From Haloquadratum walsbyi C23 (lineage in GTDB: Archaea; Halobacteriota; Halobacteria; Halobacteriales; Haloferacaceae): a DNA stretch of 32,000 nucleotides. Made by a program: the position numbers and the translations under genes. The stretch spans positions 600,001-632,000 of the forward strand of contig NC_017459.1 of assembly GCF_000237865.1 (NCBI RefSeq). Direction: 5' to 3'. Of this stretch, positions 18,697 to 27,461 are shown piece by piece; within the stretch, counting starts at the first letter, position 1, and every line of letters starts with the position of its first letter. The notes under the pieces were generated by a model, which saw nothing but the letters and a program-made list of their open reading frames with translations, ran no database searches and was not told where the DNA came from.

Positions 18697-20553
18697 TTAT
18701 CCCTGCCAATGTGAATTATACGCCGAGGTCCCACCAGGGTACACTTGTGGTGGCGTGAGGTGATATGCAGGGACACCCCGACCTTTGAATACATCATCGA
18801 CAAATTGCTCACGATTAGTCACGTATGCCATTGCCTGTCGAACTGCTTTTGGAACTTTCTCCATATGGAATCCGACATAAAAGGTATTAATTGTCGGAGT
18901 GCGAGCCATGTTAACCGTCTTATCATTCTCAAGTGGACCGTACGTTCCAAATTCCTGTGACCCATCTGTTGATTCGATTGAGACTTTCTCAGGGTCGTAC
19001 TTTGCTGTTGGAATCCCTGCAACATCGGCATTTTCGTTTAGGAAGTAATTGTACGATGCAGTTGTATCAGTGATAATTGCGCTATCGATACCCTCAATTG
19101 CTGCTTGTTGTCCATGATACTCATCAAACCGATCGACGGTAAATGAGCCACCATTACCAGAGTTCCACTCAACAAAGGTGAATGGACCAGTCCCGATTGG
19201 GTTTGTGGTGGAGAATTCTGTCTGTGACATCTCACCATCATACCCCTCAATATCACCAATAATCCCTTCAGGAATGACAGAGAACGCTGAATATGCAAGA
19301 ACCTCAAGTGTGTAACTGAATGGTTGTTGAAGTGTGATTCGGAAGGAGTACTCACCAGTTGCCTCAACCCCTGTCGAATCGGGAATAACATTCCCATCTG
19401 CGTCAGTCTCACGCTCAATGTTTAAGACGCTATTTGGAAAGTACGTGTTCGTCGAGTTGTTTGACTCGACAAGTCGTCGAATCGAGTACACCACATCATC
19501 AGCGGTGACCTCCCCATAGTCGCCATGAAATTGAATTCCCTCCTTTAGCGTGAATTCATACTCTGTGAGATCATCGCTTACCTCATAATCACTGATGAGG
19601 AGTGGTTCAACCTCAGTATCCCCATTCGGATAGTTCATTGGCGCATCGAACATGTTCATGATTTTTCCTCCAGAGGCAGTATTTCCTGATGCAATTGGGT
19701 CAAGTGCACTGAATGTCGCTGAGGTCCCACTTAGTCTGTCTTTGCTCATAATTCCATCAACCGATACATTCTCTTTTGATCGTGAACCGCCCATGCCGCT
19801 AGGCGGATTATATGAGACACGATCATACCAAAACTGCTCAGAAACGCTATGATAGATTGGAAGTAATGCTGCAGACTCCCATAATCCGGCTTCTATATTC
19901 CCAACAGCATCGTTTCGGGTCTGAACAGCACTCTCATTTAACCCAGGGTTATCTTGAATTCGATTAAACTGCGAAGCAATGTATTCTCTGATAGGAGTAT
20001 CGGTATTCGCGTCTTCTGACCAGAATAACCGCGCACCATTTGGGGTATATCCATCCGCATCATAAACCGTATTCTCAGGGTCGACAAGTTGAAGGAAATT
20101 CTGTGGAGCAGGATAATCAGCAATCCAACCAAGTGTGAACGCTTCATGACTTCCCTTTTCAGTCGTTTCAAGAAGGGCACCGAAGTCTGCCTCACTGATG
20201 CTCATATCGATATATGCAGACTCAAGCCGAGCACGAACCGTATTCGCAATTTCCTTCCATGTTGGACTCGTATATTGAGTCCAGCTGAGTTCATATCGGT
20301 TATCCGGACCAAACCCAGCTTCTTCCATGACAGATCGTGCGCTTTGAACATCTGTCTCACCGGGTGAATATGGGTATGATGACGGTCGAGAGAATTCCGT
20401 TGAACTTGGACCTCCACTATCATCGGGTGTCTGTGTCTCAGTTTCAGTCTCCCCGTCACTCCCCTGTGAACATCCAGCGACGCCAACCGTTGCCGCAACA
20501 GCACCAGTCGCACGCAAGAACCGACGTCGATTCACCTCAGAGTCATCAACCAT
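18697..20553 (-). CDS. dppA: Family-5 (DppA/OppA-type) substrate-binding lipoprotein, circularly permuted domain order
   Basis: Tat signal RRRFLRATGAVAATVGVAGCS plus lipobox and an acidic linker. Family-5 SBP motifs are all present but out of order. The canonical C-terminal part (YPYSPGE..EEAGF, LGWIADYPAPQNFL, LPIYH) comes first. The canonical N-terminal part (ALDP, YEFTLKEGIQFHGDYGEVTADDVVYS, NPIGTGPFTFVEW, VRQAMAYVTNRE) comes last. Confidence 0.9.
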   Translation of the reverse strand: MVDDSEVNRRRFLRATGAVAATVGVAGCSQGSDGETETETQTPDDSGGPSSTEFSRPSSYPYSPGETDVQSARSVMEEAGFGPDNRYELSWTQYTSPTWKEIANTVRARLESAYIDMSISEADFGALLETTEKGSHEAFTLGWIADYPAPQNFLQLVDPENTVYDADGYTPNGARLFWSEDANTDTPIREYIASQFNRIQDNPGLNESAVQTRNDAVGNIEAGLWESAALLPIYHSVSEQFWYDRVSYNPPSGMGGSRSKENVSVDGIMSKDRLSGTSATFSALDPIASGNTASGGKIMNMFDAPMNYPNGDTEVEPLLISDYEVSDDLTEYEFTLKEGIQFHGDYGEVTADDVVYSIRRLVESNNSTNTYFPNSVLNIERETDADGNVIPDSTGVEATGEYSFRITLQQPFSYTLEVLAYSAFSVIPEGIIGDIEGYDGEMSQTEFSTTNPIGTGPFTFVEWNSGNGGSFTVDRFDEYHGQQAAIEGIDSAIITDTTASYNYFLNENADVAGIPTAKYDPEKVSIESTDGSQEFGTYGPLENDKTVNMARTPTINTFYVGFHMEKVPKAVRQAMAYVTNREQFVDDVFKGRGVPAYHLTPPQVYPGGTSAYNSHWQG

Positions 20554-20644
20554 TTGCTATAGAATAACATATTAATTGGCTTAAGCGTACTGACCGGATA
20601 CGTGGATGAGTATCTGAGGGTTGATAATTATGGATTAATAATGA

Positions 20645-20676
20645 TTAGACCATTAGATCATTAGATCATAAGATCA
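20645..20676. repeat. Four tandem octamers ttagacca|ttagatca|ttagatca|taagatca in the dppA / MFS divergent intergenic region
   Basis: Read directly from the sequence, and followed by a gatc-rich tagcggatcgatca. It lies about 92-123 nt upstream of the dppA ATG. Confidence 0.6.
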
Positions 20677-21053
20677 TAGCGGATCGATCAATGCACCGAG
20701 AATAATCATAAATATAATCTTCAGTATTTGCTTCTTTTTACTCATCAAAATAAGTATTGTGAGTGAGACAGGTCATTAAATATGTTTGAAGAGCAATAAG
20801 ATCAGCCTACTAAGCCGGCTTCCAAAATCACGCATGGCTTTGAGAGTTAACTAGAGGTATCAAACTATCATACCACACTGATATCAATATAGTATCGTTG
20901 CACTATTGATGATTCTATCAGAACAAAGATTAATTACAAGCGTCTAAGTTATGATTGAACAATCGTTATTTCAGGATATTATTATCGATCGGAATACCCG
21001 ATATCATGCGACTGTGAGACATTTATCTCTTAATTATTATCAACATTCACCTG

Positions 21054-22379
21054 ATGAAAAATAATACTATGCAGATTGACTATGCATCGCGTGCTCGCGA
21101 CCAACTTGGCTTTTCGCGATGGTGGTTGCTTCTTGGCGCTGCTGTGAGCATGGCGCTTGTCAGTCCATATCAGTATGTGTGGTCATCAATTGAAGGACCA
21201 CTGGCTACTCAATTTGGCGCTCAACCGCCAGCTCTTGGTGCTGTGTTTACCTTGTTTGTGATCTTCCAAGCAGGATCGCAATTTCCCATTGGGTGGTGGC
21301 GAGATAAACGCGGACCAAGAGCCATTTCATTCATCGCAGCGGTATTAGCCGGGGGTGGATATATTGGGCTTGCATACGCAACAGCAATCTGGCAGATATA
21401 TATTCTCTATTCACTTGGTGCAATTGGAGTTGGCGTTGTATACACAGTTTCGGTTAATACGGCTTTGAAATGGTTCCCAGATCGACCAGGATTGACTACC
21501 GGTGTTGGAACTATGGCATTTGCGGCTGGAAGTGCGCTCGTAGTTCCATTTGTCCGAGCGAATGCAACAGCAACATCATATCCATTTGTTCTTCGGACGC
21601 TCGGTGTCATTATCGGTCTCGGTATCTTTCTTGGAGCGCTCATTCTCCGTGATCCTCCAGACGGATGGACGGACAGCCGGACAACCACTACTGAGGAAAA
21701 TCAATCTGATAAAACTGACACTGAGATAACGAATGATACTGGCACAAATGAGACACAATATAGATGGCATGACGTGCTTCGAACATGGCAGTTTTGGGTG
21801 ATGTACGGTATGTTCATTGCCGTCAGCGGAGCAGGGTTGATGCTTACCGCAAAGGTCGTCTCATTCGCAGATGCGCTTGGATTGACAGCGGTGACAGCAA
21901 CTGCTTCTGCGACGCTATTACCTGTTGCTGGAGGCGCAGGACGTCTCATCCTTGGTGATCTCTCCGATCGGGTTCCCCGAGAGCATGCAATGGCGGTATC
22001 ATTCACATTGTGTGGGATTGGTCTTGCCGCAGTCGTCTATTTCGCTCAAAACGGGTCGACACTCGGATTCCTAGCAGCGGTTGTCATGACAACATTCTTT
22101 TGGAGCCCACAGTACACACTCTTCCCTAGCGTTATCGGGACGTATTATGGAAGTGCCAATTCATCAGCCAACTATGCATTACTGTACTCAGGAAAGATGT
22201 GGGGCGGTGTCTTTGGAGGAGCTGCTGCTGGGTGGCTTATCAATCAGGTCGGGTGGTCAATTGCTTTTCTGGTAGGATCGGGATTGGCTGTTATCGCCGG
22301 TATCGCAGCACTTGCCCTTCGACCACCAGAAACACCCGCAACAGAACATATTGACGCTGATGTTGATACCGGCGACTAA
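21054..22379 (+). CDS. MFS transporter, oxalate/formate antiporter (OFA)-like
   Basis: 441-aa ORF with 12 predicted TM helices. The N-terminal region WLLLGAAVSMALVSPYQYVWSSI and the loop GWWRDKRGPR are typical of the OFA subfamily. T/E/D-rich central loop. Alternative ATG at 21069. Confidence 0.85.
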   Translation: MKNNTMQIDYASRARDQLGFSRWWLLLGAAVSMALVSPYQYVWSSIEGPLATQFGAQPPALGAVFTLFVIFQAGSQFPIGWWRDKRGPRAISFIAAVLAGGGYIGLAYATAIWQIYILYSLGAIGVGVVYTVSVNTALKWFPDRPGLTTGVGTMAFAAGSALVVPFVRANATATSYPFVLRTLGVIIGLGIFLGALILRDPPDGWTDSRTTTTEENQSDKTDTEITNDTGTNETQYRWHDVLRTWQFWVMYGMFIAVSGAGLMLTAKVVSFADALGLTAVTATASATLLPVAGGAGRLILGDLSDRVPREHAMAVSFTLCGIGLAAVVYFAQNGSTLGFLAAVVMTTFFWSPQYTLFPSVIGTYYGSANSSANYALLYSGKMWGGVFGGAAAGWLINQVGWSIAFLVGSGLAVIAGIAALALRPPETPATEHIDADVDTGD

Positions 22380-22583
22380 TGAAGGCTATCTCTAAACGAA
22401 AAGGAGCGTGAACGCGCCACTGTGGGTGAGGTACTTCAGTTGGTGTCTGACACGATACTACAGGAGAGGGGTCTTTTGACGCAATAATCATTGTGAACTA
22501 CCACAACAATTGAGCATACTGGCTACCGCGTCTCGGATACACCAGTGGATATACTCATACTCAGTGCGGTCAACACTCAGAAT

Positions 22584-24182
22584 TCAGAATCCGATTGCTG
22601 TCCCGTCTTTTCTGGGGTCTGTCGCACCGGAGAGGACATCGCCACGACGGCGAGCGAACTGAGCACCACCAAATGCACTCGGTGGACGGACAGTTAGCTC
22701 ATGACCGCGACGAGCAAGCTTTCCAAGAACCCCGTCAGCAAATCGTTCTTCAACAGCGAGAGAGCCATCATCACAGTAGCGCCACCGTGGTGCGTTGAGC
22801 GCAGCCTGTGAATCAAATCCGTAATCAAGTAAATTCGCAAGAACCTGCAGATGTCCTTGTGGTTGCATATATCCACCCATCACACCAAATGCAGCCCAAT
22901 CATCTGAATCAAATTGGATCAATCCGGGAATGAGTGTATGAAACGGTCGCTTTTTCGGCTCAAGTGTGTTTGGATGCGATGGGTCAAGTGTGAAGGACGC
23001 ACCACGGTTCTGAAGCACGATTCCCGTGTCAGGTACAACAACACCGCTGCCGAATGGCTCAAAGATTGAATTAATTAATGAAACAACATTACCTGCCCTA
23101 TCAGCGACCGTTAGCAACACTGTGTCACTATCTTCTGGAGGCATCCCTGGTCCGCCGACGCTAACATCACTCGCATATGGACCAATACTTTCTGCTCGAT
23201 TCGCTGCGTATGATGATGAAGCGAGATCAGGAATTGACTCAAATTCCGGATCAGTAATGTAGTGATGTCCATCGTGGAATGCTCGTTTCAACGATTCTGC
23301 ATAGTAATGAATTCGATCCGCAGAATCATATGCGTATGACCCAGCATCAACTTTAGACGCGATATTAAGCGCTTCAAGTGCAATCAATCCTTGATTATTC
23401 GGGGGGAGCTCATACACTGTTGCTCCGCGATATGTCGTTGAAACCGGGTCAACATACTCAGCCTCAAACTCTGCAAGATCAGACGACTCAAGTAAGCCAC
23501 CACGGTCACGGACGGCACTTGCAATCTGTGTTGCGAGTGAGTCTTCATAAAAGGCGTCAGCACCGCCCTGAGCAATCGACTTGAATGTTTCAGCAAGATG
23601 TGGGAGTCGAATAACGTCACCAACAGATGGAGTGCCATCTGATACACTGAAAGCTTCCTTACCGATAGCATCAATAAACGTATCAGCATTACGCGTCCAC
23701 GCATCGGCAATAATCTCTGAGACAGGATATCCCTCACTTGCATGCGTAATCGCTGGTTCAAGTGCTGTTTCAAACCCATACTGACCATAATCCGTGAGAA
23801 GCCGTTCCCATCCACGGACAGTTCCAGGGACAGTAACAGCAAGCGGACCGGAACTAGGCATTGTTGGGGACTCGGTGTTGAGACGATCACGAATAGTCTC
23901 ACGAGTCGCAGCTGCAGGAGCACCACCACAACTTCGCATTGCACCAACATCACCATCTGCAGTTCGATACATCGCAAAGACGTCACCGCCAATCCCCGTG
24001 CTCATCGGCTCAACAACATTCAACGTTGCAGCGGTCGCAACAGCAGCGTCAAAAGCGTTGCCGCCACTCTGAAGTGATTGAATCCCAGCTTGTGCTGCTA
24101 ATGGCTGACTTGTCGCAACAACACCAGTACGTGCGTATACCGTTGAACGACGGGAGTCAAAGGCATCTAAATCGGGACTCAT
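22584..24182 (-). CDS. ggt: Gamma-glutamyltransferase (Ntn-hydrolase family)
   Basis: N-terminal GVVATSQPLAAQAGIQSLQSGGNAFDAAVATAATLNVVEPMSTGIGGD. Putative autoprocessing and nucleophile site KKRPFHTLIPG. C-terminal GGAQ...SGATDPRKDG. ATG at 24182; the track start at 24254 is TTG. Confidence 0.9.
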   Translation of the reverse strand: MSPDLDAFDSRRSTVYARTGVVATSQPLAAQAGIQSLQSGGNAFDAAVATAATLNVVEPMSTGIGGDVFAMYRTADGDVGAMRSCGGAPAAATRETIRDRLNTESPTMPSSGPLAVTVPGTVRGWERLLTDYGQYGFETALEPAITHASEGYPVSEIIADAWTRNADTFIDAIGKEAFSVSDGTPSVGDVIRLPHLAETFKSIAQGGADAFYEDSLATQIASAVRDRGGLLESSDLAEFEAEYVDPVSTTYRGATVYELPPNNQGLIALEALNIASKVDAGSYAYDSADRIHYYAESLKRAFHDGHHYITDPEFESIPDLASSSYAANRAESIGPYASDVSVGGPGMPPEDSDTVLLTVADRAGNVVSLINSIFEPFGSGVVVPDTGIVLQNRGASFTLDPSHPNTLEPKKRPFHTLIPGLIQFDSDDWAAFGVMGGYMQPQGHLQVLANLLDYGFDSQAALNAPRWRYCDDGSLAVEERFADGVLGKLARRGHELTVRPPSAFGGAQFARRRGDVLSGATDPRKDGTAIGF

Positions 24183-24439
24183 CGACAATTCACCTGCTGA
24201 AAATCCATCTTTACATCGATGGGTTGAACCATATGCAAACGATTTACCCCCCAATATAAAATTATATGTGCATACCTATTTCGGCAAACCTGTGCAAACC
24301 CTAATATCTCTACCTTAGGATTCCTCTGTCTTCAGACGAAAAATATCAATGATATGATCGCCAGTGACGAGGATATGGTGAGAAATAAAGCGAATGTGCC
24401 CGCGACTGTATTCACACTGTGATCCTCCACCGGTCGACT

Positions 24440-24527
24440 CAATTGTTGACATCCTCCCCGCGCTGAAGCGCGAGGCTTTCTCCTCGATTCTGCATAAAAG
24501 TACGGTCAGTGCATATGTCAACTGTTG
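24440..24527. other. Nested inverted repeat: 13-bp imperfect outer arms enclosing a GC hairpin (ccccgcgc-tgaa-gcgcgagg)
   Basis: Outer arms caattgttgacat (24440-24452) and atgtcaactgttg (24515-24527) are complementary at 11 of 13 positions. The inner hairpin is at 24456-24475. It lies 32 nt downstream of the GT gene stop (minus strand) and upstream of ggt. Confidence 0.45.
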
Positions 24528-24558
24528 TGAAAATTATGAGAATCAACAGATGCGGTGG

Positions 24559-26508
24559 CTATTGATTGCGTGTCTCCGTTTGTGTCACTCCCTCAGCAGA
24601 TATATCTGTATCACGATTGCGCACATCACGTGTCTCCTCAACAGCAGTCATCAATGAGACATTTAATCCAAGCATCGATCCATATCCACCGATGACCGTT
24701 ATGAGATTCTTCACAGCGTGATCAACAACTGCAGCGCCAATCGCAATGCTCGGAGTAATTGGTGTGAGTCCAACGACAAGCAGTGTAAACGCGCCTTCAT
24801 ACAGTCCGACACCACCAGGCGATAATGGAAGAACTTTGGCGAGATTTCCAACGCTGACAGCAAAGAAACTCACCGCAAGTAGCTGTATCGTATCTAACGC
24901 AGGTGTAAATGCCAGTAAAACAACGAATGCAGTTACGACATCAATTGACCAAATGAGGATGCTCGTTGCTCCAACACGAGCAAATCCACGACGTGTCCCA
25001 GCAACAGTCTGTAAGTCCTCAATAAACTGATTAATCACACTGACGACCATCTTAGCATAACTGTCAGTGCTCACCCGATATACGACAGCTGATGGAATGT
25101 CAATCTCACTCCGTGCGCTCAGTATAATCCCACCGACAGCTGCGACAGCAACCAGACCGACACTCATTGAGACAATAACAGCCACGCGACCAGCACCCTC
25201 AGCATCAATAATTGTCTGCGCAAGCGTCGCTGTTTGACCACTTGCCGTGTATCCTAACAGGACGACCCCAGCTAATGACGCAATTGTCAATAAGTCAAAT
25301 ACACGTTCTGCTGCAAGCGACGCGAACCCTGATGGGTACGCAATTCCTCGCCGTGCTTTGATCACATACGCACGAACGAGATCACCTGCTCGAGCAGGGA
25401 AAACAAGATTCCCCGTTTGGCTAATAAAGACCGCTCCAGTAAGAAACCGAACGCGCTCATAATACCCAAGCTCGAATAAAATATCACGATATCGCAGCCC
25501 ACGAATTGGCCATGACAGCGTATAGACAATCGTTGCAGCGACAACTAGCCATGGGTCAGCGGCGCGAACTTCAGAAATAACTGTGTTGAAATCAATATAC
25601 TGCGTCATCAGCGCTAGTGCAACAATCGCCAACACAGCGCCTGCTCCAAGGCTCACTCGCGGAGATAGCCGCGGTTGTACTGATATCTGCCACCATGTCC
25701 GCAGAATCTGACTACCCATGCCAAAGACATCGCGGACGAGATCAACCTTTGTATCACCCTTTGATGTCCACTCCACAGGAAACTCGACAACCGTTAAATC
25801 CGCTCGTTGCGCCCGAACGAGCATTTCGGTATCCCAAAACCAATGACTATCCTCAACAATAGGTTGGAGTGATTCAAACGCTTCTCGGCTGAACGCTTTG
25901 AATCCACATTGATGATCACGAAGATCTGATCGCAGGAAAAGACGGACAAGTGTATTATACACACGACTCGGAATACCGCGTTTTGCCGGACGATCAGCAA
26001 TGTTTTCGGGCAACCATCGCGATCCAGTCGCAATGTCAGCCTCACCGGTTTGTATCCGGGTGATAAGTTCCTCAAGATGACGGATGTCAGTTGCAAGGTC
26101 TGTATCGAAGTACGCGAGCACACTGCCGTTTGCGAAGTTGAATGCCTGCTCAAGTGCACCTCCTCGTCCTAATCGTGTATCGCTATGCATATGTCGGATA
26201 CGCCTATCCGAAGCAGCGAGTTGATCCGCAATTTCTGGTGTATTATCTGTGCATCCATCTTCAGCAATCACTATCTCAATCGATGTTGGCTCACAGAAGG
26301 TCTCAAGCGTGCTGATTGTCCTCTGGACTGTTGATTCAAGTGTTGATTCCTCATTATACGCTGGAAGAACGACGCTTATATTCACATCATCCTCGGCTGC
26401 TGGTGATTCGTCACCACGTGGTGTTTGTCTGTCTGCACTTGTGGTGACAGTATCATCATCACTTCCGGTTGCATTTGACTTCGCTGACCCGGCAGACGGG
26501 GATTCCAT
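24559..26508 (-). CDS. aglD: GT2 glycosyltransferase (Dol-P-hexose synthase-like) fused to a C-terminal polytopic membrane domain; AglD-like architecture
   Basis: N-terminal GT-A motifs VVLPAYNEE, AEDGCTDNT, FDTDL (DXD), and QCGFKAF. These are followed by ~8 TM helices resembling the flippase-like/LPG-synthase TM domain. ATG at 26508; the track start at 26559 is TTG. The symbol is assigned by architecture only. Confidence 0.8.
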   Translation of the reverse strand: MESPSAGSAKSNATGSDDDTVTTSADRQTPRGDESPAAEDDVNISVVLPAYNEESTLESTVQRTISTLETFCEPTSIEIVIAEDGCTDNTPEIADQLAASDRRIRHMHSDTRLGRGGALEQAFNFANGSVLAYFDTDLATDIRHLEELITRIQTGEADIATGSRWLPENIADRPAKRGIPSRVYNTLVRLFLRSDLRDHQCGFKAFSREAFESLQPIVEDSHWFWDTEMLVRAQRADLTVVEFPVEWTSKGDTKVDLVRDVFGMGSQILRTWWQISVQPRLSPRVSLGAGAVLAIVALALMTQYIDFNTVISEVRAADPWLVVAATIVYTLSWPIRGLRYRDILFELGYYERVRFLTGAVFISQTGNLVFPARAGDLVRAYVIKARRGIAYPSGFASLAAERVFDLLTIASLAGVVLLGYTASGQTATLAQTIIDAEGAGRVAVIVSMSVGLVAVAAVGGIILSARSEIDIPSAVVYRVSTDSYAKMVVSVINQFIEDLQTVAGTRRGFARVGATSILIWSIDVVTAFVVLLAFTPALDTIQLLAVSFFAVSVGNLAKVLPLSPGGVGLYEGAFTLLVVGLTPITPSIAIGAAVVDHAVKNLITVIGGYGSMLGLNVSLMTAVEETRDVRNRDTDISAEGVTQTETRNQ

Positions 26509-26818
26509 TGCCAGTGTGTGGCAGTGCACGATGTATGAACTTTCTGACTCGAGATGCAAAATAAATCAACGTACTGATGAGATATCTATTAGTGAGACTC
26601 TCATACAGAGCGCCGATTGACTTTTGACTGCGTTTTGCCCTGAGTTATCGCAAGTTAACTTAGAATCCTCTACTGCTCAAAAACGGAATGACGTACCCAT
26701 ATAAATATTTGTCTCAATAACAAGTACGAATCGATTTTGTTGGCTACTACTCCAATATGTAACCCAACTTCATGCTCATGCCTCTAAAGAAAACAGTGAA
26801 AATTCCACAGGTCAGTTG

Positions 26819-26852
26819 ACTCGTATCCGTGGTCGTTTGGCTGAATACGAGT
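26819..26852. repeat. Hairpin (8-bp stem actcgtat/atacgagt, 18-nt loop) immediately 5' of hairpin element copy B
   Basis: Arms at 26819-26826 and 26845-26852 read directly from the sequence. Confidence 0.4.
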
Positions 26853-26859
26853 ACCAATC

Positions 26860-26915
26860 CCCCGTCCTCAAGCAACGAGCGAAGCGAGTGAGTAGGGCGG
26901 GGTAATTCACCATGG
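26860..26915. repeat. GC-rich hairpin element, copy B (stem ccccgtcct / agggcgggg, 25-nt loop, 3' flank taattcaccatgg)
   Basis: Same stem and 3' flank as copy A (353-405). The single left-arm difference (c to t) keeps pairing as G-U on a plus-strand transcript. Intergenic, between the aglD-like gene and the 27115 gene. Confidence 0.6.
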
Positions 26916-27114
26916 AATCCAATTGGAACAAGAGAATTATGCGATACTATATTGATGGATAGCGTCAAATGTGATTAAGTGATTGTACCTTTAGTCACTT
27001 CACAATCATCAAAAAGCCGTTTGCTGGAGTCAGATTTTACACTTAATCGGCGGACGGCAGCGACTTAAGTATCTGTACCAAACCGCTCATACGGTGTAGT
27101 GCGTATTATTATAT

Positions 27115-27432
27115 ATGAGTGCAACAACGGAAACAGAGACCGAAGCAGAGATAGAAACGAACGTGGATGGACGTACAACTGAGAGTCGATCTGAGTTACC
27201 GACGTTGAGCGAGAAACAGCAACGGATCCACCAGTATCTCATCCAACAGGCTAACCAGCAAACTTATTTCAAATCCCGTCTCATCGCCGCCGAACTTGGT
27301 CTTTCAGCAAAAGAAGTAGGCGCAAACATGTCTGCAATTATTAACAACAATACCACTGATGTTAGCATTGAAAAGTGGGGATACTCTTCAGGAACAACAT
27401 GGAAAGTTACTCTTGAATCAGCTAACTGCTGA
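27115..27432 (+). CDS. Small winged-helix (wHTH) protein, conserved haloarchaeal family of unknown function
   Basis: 105-aa ORF with an acidic N-terminal tail. An HTH-like core follows (LSEKQQRIHQYLIQQANQQTYFKSRLIAAELGLSAKEVGANMSAI) and ends in EKWGYSSGTTWKV. Confidence 0.7.
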   Translation: MSATTETETEAEIETNVDGRTTESRSELPTLSEKQQRIHQYLIQQANQQTYFKSRLIAAELGLSAKEVGANMSAIINNNTTDVSIEKWGYSSGTTWKVTLESANC

Positions 27433-27461
27433 GGACGCTCAACGACAGGTGAATATGAGTC

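Noticed and set aside
18997-19011. The second YDPEK motif in DppA (aa 519-523), as evidence for two fused SBP copies and not a permutation
   Set aside because: Its context (AGIPTAKYDPEKVSIESTD) corresponds to the canonical mid-protein region before the ..YVGFHM.. segment, not the pre-EAGF helix. Total length and motif count fit a single permuted copy.
23384-23992. 202-aa minus-strand ORF and several plus-strand ORFs inside ggt
   Set aside because: They are out of frame with, or antisense to, a full-length, motif-complete gamma-glutamyltransferase. Their composition is L/R/S/V-rich and non-halophilic.
384-26915. The two 22-nt direct repeats (384-405 and 26894-26915) as att sites bounding a 26.5-kb genomic island
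   Set aside because: The interval contains housekeeping-type operons (pst, dpp, tRNA-Phe, ggt) and no integrase, transposase or phage/plasmid gene. Each repeat is the 3' half of a local hairpin, not a bare direct repeat. A dispersed hairpin repeat family is the simpler reading.
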